From the sequence record PV764938.1: a stretch of 64,000 nt of DNA. The stretch is one strand, 5' to 3'. Shown in pieces: positions 44,199 through 54,300 of this stretch. The first letter of the stretch is position 1. Each line of letters starts with the position of its first letter. Below the pieces are notes generated by a model. That model was not told the origin of the DNA and ran no database searches. It saw only the letters and a program-made list of their open reading frames with translations. The position numbers and the translations under genes are program-made.

Positions 44199-44226
44199 TG
44201 GGGCCCAAACAAAAGAAAGATACTAT

Positions 44227-44634
44227 ATGAAGAAAACTCTAGCAATGATGCTCGTAGGCCTTATGGTCGCAAGCTGCACAACGGTCAAACCGACCGAAGT
44301 TGCCGCAAAACCCACAACAGCCAAGGAAATCATCCTAGCGTCTGCGGACGCACATGGCGTCCCTCGTAACGTAATCATGTATGTGGCGAAAAAGGAGAGC
44401 GGGTTCCGATGCTCTACCAACAGCCGATACAAAGGTCCCCTACAGATAAGCCCTGGTAGTGCTCGCGCACTCGGATATCGAGGCAAGGGTGGACTAGACA
44501 ATTGTGGCGCAGGTCTTACCTACGGTATGCGCCATCTCAAGCTCTGCGTGAATAAAGTTGGAGCAAACCCAAAGAAGGCAGCTCGCTGTCACGCTTCCCC
44601 CGGATCATACGGGGTAAGACTGGCTTGGAAATAA
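44227..44634 (+). CDS. lytic transglycosylase (SLT) lipoprotein
   Basis: Lipobox VASC; KESGF catalytic Glu; GPLQI; GMRHL. Confidence 0.8.
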   Translation: MKKTLAMMLVGLMVASCTTVKPTEVAAKPTTAKEIILASADAHGVPRNVIMYVAKKESGFRCSTNSRYKGPLQISPGSARALGYRGKGGLDNCGAGLTYGMRHLKLCVNKVGANPKKAARCHASPGSYGVRLAWK

Positions 44635-44698
44635 CCAGGTTGACAAATTCCTGTTTCCCGCTTAGATAGTGGGAAACAGGAAGATATGGAGATCGAAG

Positions 44699-45055
44699 AT
44701 GAGTGTTGCAGATAACATCAAGAACGACAAATACAAAGTGAAGATCGAGTATCCGGTTCGTCCGTCGAAGCCGATCCTCAAGAAGAATGCAACGTCGGCA
44801 GAAGCGCGTGAATACGCTGATTTGCTCGCCGCATATGAATCCGCCGGCGACAACTTCAACGCTTCGCGCGAAGCGTTCCGCGCAGAAGAAAATCGCCTCT
44901 ACGCGCTTTTCCGTGAGGACGTTGAATCCGAATACGGAATGCGCGAACATCCGAAGCGCGAAAAGCTTTGGAGCAAGGCCTGGGAACGCGGTCACTCCGA
45001 AGGTCTTTCGCAGGTTCTCTGGTGGTACGACGATCTCTACGAGCTTGTCGCTTAA
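44699..45055 (+). CDS. hypothetical protein
   Basis: GGAGATC RBS; promoter at 44640. Confidence 0.75.
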   Translation: MSVADNIKNDKYKVKIEYPVRPSKPILKKNATSAEAREYADLLAAYESAGDNFNASREAFRAEENRLYALFREDVESEYGMREHPKREKLWSKAWERGHSEGLSQVLWWYDDLYELVA

Positions 45056-45073
45056 CACCAGGCATTGACAAGG

Positions 45074-45104
45074 ACCGCTCCGCGTTTTACGTAGGGGCGG
45101 TTTT
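45074..45104 (+). terminator. intrinsic terminator
   Basis: ACCGCTCC...GGGGCGGTTTT. Confidence 0.7.
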
Positions 45105-45222
45105 CTACGATTACTGCTTGACACAAGCTTTAATTGCAAAACGCTAATGTAAGGGTGTACGGAGCCGCAACGAATTGCGTACGGACACAGCACACTTAAA
45201 ACTTGTATGTGAGTATTCGCAC

Positions 45223-45705
45223 ATGGACCAGCACGATTTAGCAACGAAACAAGCACAAACCGAAAACTGGTTCCATGGCCGTGGCAAGCTTGTCTACGAC
45301 CCCGTTCGGCCCGGCTTGAAATCCAAGAACAAATGGTGGGTTGTCGTCGAGTTGGATCGCGGCATTACCGATTACTACCGTTGGTGGGTCAACAAGGAGA
45401 TCCTCAATCCTCTGGGGTTCGAACGCAAAGGTCTTCAAATGCCAGCGTGGGGCGCGCACATGAGCATTGTCCGTGGTGAACAGCCACGTCCTGACAAGCT
45501 GCATCTGTGGAACAAATACAACGGCGAGATCGTTGACTTCCGTTACCATTATGTGGTGCGTCAGTCCGGTGATACCACAGGCGGCGATCGCCCTGATGTG
45601 TTTTGGTTCGTGGATTCCATTTGCGCCAAGGGCAAAGCTCTGCGTGATGAGCTTGGTTTCCGTAGCAATTGGAAATTCCACATCACTGTTGGAAGAACCT
45701 ATTGA
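45223..45705 (+). CDS. 2H phosphoesterase
   Basis: Two HxS/T motifs: GAHMSIV and KFHITVG. Confidence 0.7.
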   Translation: MDQHDLATKQAQTENWFHGRGKLVYDPVRPGLKSKNKWWVVVELDRGITDYYRWWVNKEILNPLGFERKGLQMPAWGAHMSIVRGEQPRPDKLHLWNKYNGEIVDFRYHYVVRQSGDTTGGDRPDVFWFVDSICAKGKALRDELGFRSNWKFHITVGRTY

Positions 45706-45750
45706 CGTGGCTCCAGTGTGCTCGTATATTGGAGCCAAAGGAACAAAGAC

Positions 45751-46179
45751 ATGAAGACCAAACGTGGCACCTACTATTACATTCAAGTCGGTCCTAGCTT
45801 TTACGCTGGGACGCGCCCCGTTATGGTCGAAGTAAAACGGACCTCAGTGGATGCTGAACGGCTAAAGGAGAAGCGCAAGAATCTCCCTAAGTACCAGCTC
45901 AACAAAGTGGGTTCCGGCTATGGACGGTTTGTGATGCGCGGGGATGGTTCACGGCGTGTCAAGTCCTCAAAGGCAATGCACACGAGCATTCCGATGAAGG
46001 ACGAATACATTGAGGTACCGTCGAACCAATTTGTGAATGATTGGACTTCAGACGCCACGAAAGCGAAGAAGTTTAGGATTCACAGTAAAGCACTTGCAAA
46101 AGCCGACGAACTAGCTAACTCTCTCGGCTTGGACAAAGTAAAACCGAAAGTCATACTTTTTGAAGGAGATCGGACATGA
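45751..46179 (+). CDS. basic hypothetical protein
   Basis: AAGGA RBS; promoter at 45702. Confidence 0.7.
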   Translation: MKTKRGTYYYIQVGPSFYAGTRPVMVEVKRTSVDAERLKEKRKNLPKYQLNKVGSGYGRFVMRGDGSRRVKSSKAMHTSIPMKDEYIEVPSNQFVNDWTSDATKAKKFRIHSKALAKADELANSLGLDKVKPKVILFEGDRT

Positions 46180-46631
46180 TCGCAGAAGCACTGAAAAACA
46201 AAACTCTGGAACTCCGCAAGGCACGTGACCCGATGGCGACCTTCTTGATCGCTGTTGGCTCCAAGGCCAAGGATCTCGCGAAGGCTGAAAATCCGGCCGC
46301 AGAGACCTACAACGATGAACAGGCGCTTCGTGCCATCAACAGCTATGTCAAGGGCGCCGAAGACAACCTGGCTCTCCTGGCGGCTAATCCGGAATCTCCG
46401 ACCTACGTTCGTGCGGCTGCTGAGCGTGAAATGCTCAAGTCGTTCCTTCCGCAGGAAGCATCCGCTGACGAAGTCCGCAAGGAAGTCGAGCTGTTCGTCG
46501 AAAATGCCGAGGGCATGGTCGACCGCAAGAAGCTGATGGGCCCGATCATGAAGCACATCAACGACAAATTCGGTGCTGCCCTGAACAAAAAGGAAGCATC
46601 CGCAATCGTACAGTCGGTGCTGAACAGCTGA
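46176..46631 (+). CDS. GatB/YqeY domain protein
   Basis: DEQALRAINSYVK...AEREMLKSFLPQEASADEVRKEV...MGPIMK pattern. Confidence 0.8.
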   Translation: MIAEALKNKTLELRKARDPMATFLIAVGSKAKDLAKAENPAAETYNDEQALRAINSYVKGAEDNLALLAANPESPTYVRAAAEREMLKSFLPQEASADEVRKEVELFVENAEGMVDRKKLMGPIMKHINDKFGAALNKKEASAIVQSVLNS

Positions 46632-47065
46632 TGCCATTTCTCAAGCGCAGACGTTTGGGTAGGAGTTACCGTCGGAAGCGTCTTCCGACGGATCTCCATA
46701 TCATTGTAAATGGTATGCCCGTCTCCCTAAAAGAGCTGAACAATGTGGTCCCTGGGATCACACGCATGGGCATCATCGACGCCATTAAGTGGATTCCCGT
46801 CGCAATGGGATATTCCAAAGAGCCGATGGAACTCACTGACCTCCAGCCGGAATTCAGTGTTATGCGGACGGATACGAATGAACCGTTTTCCGATGCGTAC
46901 TCGAAAGCTTGCGATGACCTCGTAAAAACGCGTCACGCCTACTATCGGATTCCTGAGGAAAATACTGCTGAACGTGAAGCAGCCCTGCAGGAAATTGCGA
47001 AAAAGACTGCGGAGACCGAGGACGCTTACAAAAAGATGTCAATGATATCAAAGCTTTCCTCCTAA
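46631..47065 (+). CDS. hypothetical protein
   Basis: TGATG coupling; 144 aa. Confidence 0.6.
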   Translation: MPFLKRRRLGRSYRRKRLPTDLHIIVNGMPVSLKELNNVVPGITRMGIIDAIKWIPVAMGYSKEPMELTDLQPEFSVMRTDTNEPFSDAYSKACDDLVKTRHAYYRIPEENTAEREAALQEIAKKTAETEDAYKKMSMISKLSS

Positions 47066-47204
47066 ACAGAACTTTTTTCAAAAGAATAGAAAAAACCTGG
47101 TTGACTATTCCTCTTCCTATGTTACTTTACTGACATAAGCGCAGAACAAGGCGCTGGAGAAAACGGCGAATGGTTCGCTGTAGATCGGAAAGGAAGAAAT
47201 TCAA

Positions 47205-47546
47205 ATGGCTAAGGTTCTCAATCTCAACGTTGCTGCTCTCGCTCTCATCGCCGACAACACCCAGGTTCGCGTTCGCGAAAAGGAAATCGACGGCGTGAAC
47301 GTTCTGCAGATTCGCCCGTCGGCTCGCGTACTGGCCACCAATCTCCCGGCCGGCGAAACGATGCGCAAGCTGAGCTTCAAGACCGAAGCTGGCAAGGTTC
47401 GCGGCGCAGTCCTCAACATGAAGGATCTCGGCGGCGAAGCAGGCCAGGCTTTCGAACTGGTCCCCGGCAAGTACGGTTGGGTCAACCTGGCCCCGGTTGC
47501 AGAAGTCGCCAAGGGCGCTGCATTCGGTCGCGTTGCTGTAAAGTAA
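47205..47546 (+). CDS. highly expressed small beta-rich protein, paralog A
   Basis: Strongly biased codons; LQIRPSAR...KYGWVNL; promoter at 47101. Confidence 0.75.
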   Translation: MAKVLNLNVAALALIADNTQVRVREKEIDGVNVLQIRPSARVLATNLPAGETMRKLSFKTEAGKVRGAVLNMKDLGGEAGQAFELVPGKYGWVNLAPVAEVAKGAAFGRVAVK

Positions 47547-47572
47547 CGCACACAAGCTTCCGATACTACGGC

Positions 47573-47598
47573 AAAAGGGCGCTTTCGGGCGCCCTTTT
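47573..47598 (+). terminator. intrinsic terminator
   Basis: AAAAGGGCGCT-TTCG-GGCGCCCTTTT. Confidence 0.9.
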
Positions 47599-47907
47599 CC
47601 GCGTCAAAACAAGGCAAACACAGTCGCACATTTTTAACATAATTCCTACGCGCATTAGTAGTTTTCGCGCTTGACGCCTACAAAATTATGATACCTTTGA
47701 TTAAGTTACGGTTTGTAACCTATTGAAGGAATTGACTTCTTTGAAAATGTGTTGTCAGGACTATTCCTTTTTCAGCTATTTGGTTGACTATAACCATACC
47801 AAGCGTACATTGGCTACATGAACAGCAAGGCACAAAACGAAACGCCAAACTGTTTAACTGGAAAGTCGGAGCAATGGTGCAACCGACAAACACGGAGATC
47901 GAAAATC

Positions 47908-48279
47908 ATGAACACTGAAGCAAACACCGTTTCCCGCGCAGTTGGAATCTCGTTCAACCCGGCAGCAGTTTCCGCATTCATCGCCAAGATGGCCGCCGGC
48001 ACCCGCTTCCGTATGGCAGTCAAGGATGGCACGCTGTTCATCCGGCCGACCGACCGCGCAAAGGGCCCGCACGTTTTCGCCGACTACATGCAGACGCCGT
48101 CCGCCGGCAGCTCCCTGAAGGTGCAGCTCTCGGACGAACAGCTGGAAAAGCTCGGCCTCAATCTCGAGCAGGGCACGAAGTTCGGCGTCCAGGAAGATCG
48201 CTACGGCTGGTTCTTCCTCACAACGGACGACACGGGAATCGAAGGCGCCAAGGCAACGGTCACCAAGTCCGCTGCTTAA
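47908..48279 (+). CDS. highly expressed small beta-rich protein, paralog B
   Basis: GGAGATC RBS; LFIRPTDR...RYGWFFL. Confidence 0.75.
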   Translation: MNTEANTVSRAVGISFNPAAVSAFIAKMAAGTRFRMAVKDGTLFIRPTDRAKGPHVFADYMQTPSAGSSLKVQLSDEQLEKLGLNLEQGTKFGVQEDRYGWFFLTTDDTGIEGAKATVTKSAA

Positions 48280-48297
48280 TCGGATCGCCCGATATGG

Positions 48298-48330
48298 AAA
48301 AAGTGCGCTGGGGCAGTCCAGCGCACTTTT
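48298..48330. terminator. bidirectional terminator at the convergent early/late boundary
   Basis: AAAAAGTGCGCTGG-GGCAGT-CCAGCGCACTTTT. Confidence 0.9.
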
Positions 48331-48337
48331 CGTTTGA

Positions 48338-51300
48338 TTAGTTGATTTTCTTGATGAATACTGCGCCAGCTTCCTGAACAAGGTTTGCACCAAGTGCATC
48401 GTAATCCTGGCCAGGAGCGCCCACAATAAGCGCACCCTTTGCATCCAAAGCAACTGCATGACCGAACAAGTCCTCTGGGTGACGACCGTTTGTCATTTCA
48501 GTACCAGCTTCGTCGGAGAAGCCTGCAATCTTCTCCTTGAGAGCCCATGTAGCATTCGAAGCATCCAACGCAAAGACGTAAGTTGCACCAGCGTTGGTCA
48601 TTGGGTTCTCACCATCTGCATCTGTGGACGCCATAGCGGAGCCTACCGCAATGTATCCGCCAGCCACAGCCAGTGTTTTACCAAATACTTCACCAGCATC
48701 TGGAGTCACTGTGAGCGTCTGTGTGAGTGTTAGGGTTTCGCCGTCGAATGCAAAGATGTGAACCGCGTTTGCGCCGGGTTCGCCAACAACCACTGTGTTG
48801 GTCTTTTCATCAATACCAACGGTTTCACCGAAACGACCATCCACAATACGCGATGGGCTTGTGAACTTGGCAACCATTGGGAACTGTGTGTTCTTCAGGT
48901 AGATCCAAATTGCACCAGCGTTCGAGAGTTCCAGGTCACCCGTAACGTCGAAGTCGTATTGCGGAGAACCGATGACCACGAAGTTCTTGTTTGCGGATAC
49001 CGAGTAACCGAACCAATCACCAGCGTTACGACCACGTGCCAAGCCCTGTGCGGAGAATGTACCACGGACGAACCAGTCTTCACCAACACGCTCGTAAGCC
49101 TGGACAATACCAGAGTTTGCGACCTGTGGAGCACCTGGAACGTTGTTTGCATCCGGAACACCAACAACGAACTTGTTCGTGTCAGCAGCCGCAACCGCAG
49201 CACCGAAGCGGCCATTGGTTGCACCGTTGCCGGTGTAGTCCTTCCGAGCTACCCAGTTACCTTCAGCTACGCGCTGGAATACACGGGCAAGACCTGTATC
49301 GTTGGTGTAATTGCCTGTGATGATCCAACCGTTTCGGCCAGACAATGTGCGACCGAAACCAATCGGAGCCGTTGCATCTGGAACGATTTTAGATTCTGTG
49401 TTCCACTTGTCGCCGGTCTTATTGTAGACGAACAGCGCACCACTCTTGCTCGTTGCGTTACCATAGAGGTCATAGCTGTGGAACGGAGAACCGACAACCA
49501 CGAAGTCGTGATTCGCGTAAACGGAGTAGCCGAACTGATCGCCAGCAGCACGACCATTTGAGCGACCGGGAACCGAATAATCCGCGTTTGCGTCTGTGAG
49601 CGAACCATTCGAGTTGATCGTGAAGGTCTTTGCACGACCAGCACCCGAAAGCGCAGGCTGTGGACCAACACCCTGGGAAGCACCACTGTCGAGTTCGATA
49701 AGTCGTGTACCGCTTACGATCTCTGCGACCTTACCTGCACCAGCCTCGATGTGACGGGCAATTGTCCAAGCACCGTTTGTTGCTGTGAGTTCGACCATCT
49801 TCGCTGCATCGTTAGTACCGGCATAGAGCTTGTCACCGATTAGCTTCAATGTCTTACCGTAGCCGAGCAATTCCGAGTTTGTTTCCAAGTTGAGTTTTTC
49901 ACGGAATGTATAGGTTGCGCCCTTCTTGTCGAATACGAAGATTGCACCCTGACCATCACGGAAGTTGACACCGTTGTTGCCGTAATCGTGACCAGGAGCA
50001 CCAACCAGGATCTGTGTTGGTGTAACTTCAACAGCCGAACCGAAGAGATCCGATGCAAAGCGACCGTGGGAAACACCATCACCAACAATAGAACCCGCGC
50101 TTGTGAGCGTTGGAACCGTGATGTCGAATGTTGTGAAACCACCCGAGTTGGAGACTGTTGGCTTGACACCATCTGTATTACGACGTGTCTGACCCAGTAC
50201 AATCTTATCACCGACCAATGTAAGCGAGATACCCAAATCAACAGTCGCTGTAAGCGTTGTCTTTGCTTGGCTTACGAAGTTGCTGCCGTCGAACGCGAAC
50301 AATTCCACAGCATTTTTGTCTGGGCTACCAGCGAATGTCGGAACCTCAAGCGTTGCAATCGAGGAGTACGGCTGCGAACCGAGAACCAACAGGTTGTTGT
50401 CGTTGACTTCCAGAGCAAAGCCGAAGTAATCGGCATTTGTTGCCTTGGACGATGTGATCTTCTGGATAAGCTGCCACTTACCGTTGATGCGCTTGTATTC
50501 AAATACCGCACCCGAGTTAGCTGGAAGTGGATCGCCGCTGGAGTCATATTCGTGACCAGGAGCACCAACGTAAATCTGATTCTCATCCTTGATACCAACG
50601 GCATGACCGAAGAAGTCTGTAGCCGAACGGGAGTTGATGATACCAGGAGCCACAACAGCATCGGAATCCAAGAGTGTTTCGAGAGTCGTTGCAACGTCCT
50701 TGATGACTTCGTAACCACCCGGACGACCGTCCAGCGTAAATGTCGCAGTACGTGTCGAACCGCCACCACCACCACCGGCAATTGCTAGGAAGTCGTTGCC
50801 ACGAGCAATACCCGCGAGACCACCACCACAACCAGCGCCATCAATAGCCGTGTTCAGCGAGCGGCCGCCTAGACCACCAAGACCATACTTGCGGTTCTGA
50901 TTTCGGTTAGAGAGGTCCGTACCGATTTGTCCACCAGCACCACCACCGCCGACTACGATCTTGAGCTCTTCGCCTTCTGTGACGCTAAGAGTACCTGTTA
51001 CGAATGCACCTGCACCGCCGCGACCACTACGACGTGTTGCCCAACCCGAAGCATGGTTTGCAGCACCACCACCAGCGCCCCAAAGCGCAACTGTGATTTC
51101 AGTTACACCAGCTGGGACTGTGAAGGTCTGGTCAAAGCCCGTGTAGTTGAATACCACGTCTGTTGTACCGTGTGTGATTACGACACGAGCGTCTTCACCG
51201 ATTGCACCAACAGTATTACCGCCAGCGCCAGTTGCGTTTGCATTTGCCGAGTTTGCACGAGCTGCACCCAAGCTGAGGATCTGCGAGCCACCGTTTGGAA

Positions 51301-54300
51301 CCAAGTTAGAACCACCCTGGCCACCTGCACCGAAGTTGGTGTTGAATGCACCACCAGCGCCACCACCGATGTAACCGGCACCACCACCGCCACCGGCGGA
51401 TGTTGCCGCGGAGTAAGCTTCAGCATCAGCACCTGCATTGATACCGCGCGAACCACCCCATACGTTTCCGTTCAGGACTCGTGTACGGATTGCACCGCTC
51501 TGAGTAACACTTGGGTAACCGTTTGCTGTTGGCTTTGCCATGACCAATGCGTTGCCGTCCAGTGTCAGAATAGCATTCGTCAGGGTGTTTTCCATCGTTG
51601 CGGATGTGTCGATCTTCCAGAAACGGTCATCTACGAGCTTGTAAACGAACACGCGATCAACGTTTGGAATTGCAACAGCGAGCTTACCATCGACCCAGCT
51701 CAGGTTCATCGCGGATTGCGAAGCTCCCGAAACAGGATTTACAAAGTGGCTGTGATACTCGAACATACTCTTTGGTGTATTCCAACGATAGACGAATACC
51801 TTACCCCAAGTGTTCTGACCAGCGACTTGGAATGTGGTTGCGCTGTGCATGAACTGAACGTCGTTATGCGAACCAATTGCAAGCATCGAACCATCTGGAG
51901 AAAGTGCAAGTCCAGTCTGACCGAAACCAGCGTTTGAGCTCATGTAAACGTGAGAAAGCTCGTTTACGCCATTCGAGTTGACAGTCTGTGTTACCACACC
52001 AACGTTGCTAACCGCGAATGAATCAGTACCCTCGGTGTAGTTGATCGGGATAGCAGCACCAAAAGCGTTAGCCGTTCCCGTATTAAAGTTACCGTTAGTC
52101 GCACCGAGCATACCCTGCAAAGTTTCCTTATCCCAAGCTGCACGGGTCTGTGATACTTGAGCTGTAGCGGTGAGAGTAGCAGCCGCAGTCGATGTCAACG
52201 GAGTACCAAATTTGCCAGCACCATCACGCTTGAATACAACTGGTGTTTCACGGTTGCTGTTAACGTAGAGATAATCATCATTCAAACCAACGAACAGACC
52301 GTAGTTTGTAACTGCTGGTGCGTTTTCGAATGTGATCTTCTGATCGTAATAGAAACGTTCGTCTTCGGCCAACTTATATGTGTAGACTGCACCGCGGTTT
52401 GTTGTGAATGATACACCAGTAGTGTTCCAATCGTAACCAGGAACACCAACTGCCAATGCGCCATTGTGAATTGCCACGGAGTAACCGAAGTTATCACCAG
52501 CATTACGATTGTTGATGTTGCCTTCGTTCGTGTAAACTGTACGGGCGCGAGTGCTTGCCAACACCGTCTCGAAAATACCCGAAGCGATGGAGTTTACCGT
52601 GCGCAAAGGCGAACCCGAGTAGTACATGTCACGAACTGAATCATAAGCTAGACCAGTGCCAAAAGCCTGAGTACTCGTCGTGCCATTCATTGTAAACGTG
52701 TCAGTCCACGTCGAAGTAATGCCGATGTTGCCCTGAGCAAAACGTGTAAATGCACCGTTATTGCCATTGTTATACGCGCTGGTGATAAAGAAATCGTTGT
52801 TATACTCATTGAGGACACGTCCGAAGAACGCATTCGAAGTGGACAAGGTTTCGATAACCTTGGTGTTCAGACGCCACTTGTTTGTATCAGTGTCCAGGTA
52901 ATAGACAAACACTGCACCCATATTTGACGATGTATTTGCAGTCGAATCAACACGATATACGTGAGTCGGAGCACCAATCATCAGGATGTTCTTATTGCTA
53001 TTCAGCTTGACAGCGGTACCAAATGCGTCGTTGGCATTACGACCGTATGCGATGTTTGCATTCGAACCATAAACGATTGTGCCCTTCTCATAAGCACCAT
53101 TCGTGTGCAGGGGAACAGCGTTATCTGTTCCCTTTGTCCAAGTAGAACCAGAACGATTGAAGTCTGCGAAGCTACCAGCAGCCAACTGAACGTTTGTGCT
53201 TGGCGACCATGTGGTGCTACCACCAACAAACTTGTCATCAGAGAACAATGCACCAGAGTACATGTTTCGGCCACCAGCAGAGTTGTTGATGCGCGACTCG
53301 AATGTTGCGGTTGTTCCATCGAACGTGTATGTCGCAGCCTGCGATACTGCATTGCTCGAATGCAGAAGAATACGGTTTCCACGCATACCAACTCGAGAAC
53401 CCCAGAATTGGCTTGAGGAATCGGTCGCTGGGTTTGTCAATAGTGTCTTGAAAGTCCAAACGCCTTGTTCGTTCTTTTCGAAGATTGTACCAGCACCCAT
53501 GTTTGTGCGTGTTGCGGAGCCACCGTCAATCTTGTTGTACTGTGGGATACCAATAACGACACGACCATCCTTGACGACCAACGATGTAGCGAAGAAGCCA
53601 TTGCCAACACGGTCATCTACCGCAATATTGGTTGGTTTGTAGCTGACACTATCCACGTTATATGTGCCATCGACATCCTGAGTGTAGTGACGGGCGTAAC
53701 CAACTCCGGTCTTAGCACCATCAACAGCATCTGGCGAACCCGTAATAAAGTTGGCCTCAGTGCTGAAGAAACGAGCACTATTGTAGACGAATGGATCGTT
53801 GGTGTTGCTTTCGCTGAAACGCTCCAGGAATACATAACCGTTTTCGCCCTTCTTGAACACTTCAACGCCAGCATTTGTTGTCGTTGTCTTAGAAATCAAG
53901 TAGTCGCCCTTGATGTCGAAGGACAGACCGAACGCCTGCGATCCTCCAAGAACCGACGGCAAGATGAGTTCCTTTTCATCCCAACCCTGCAGAAGCGCAT
54001 TGTATTCGTAACGGTGAATACCACCCATGTTGACATGAACGTTATTGTTGTTTGGTGTCTGTCGGTTACCATAAGCGCCTACAAATACCGAAGTTCCATC
54101 AGTTTTCACATCATAGCCAAAGTAATCGTTGGCGATTTTGTTGTTGCTCGCCGAACCCGGATATGTGAATGTCTGAGTGTATGTGTATTCGTTTGTGCCG
54201 TTCCATACAAGCGGAGCAATATAACCGCTTGATGTGTTGTCCCAATCCGGATTTACGCGGACACCATTGGAGATCGAGTAATAGAGTTGATCTCCCAAAT

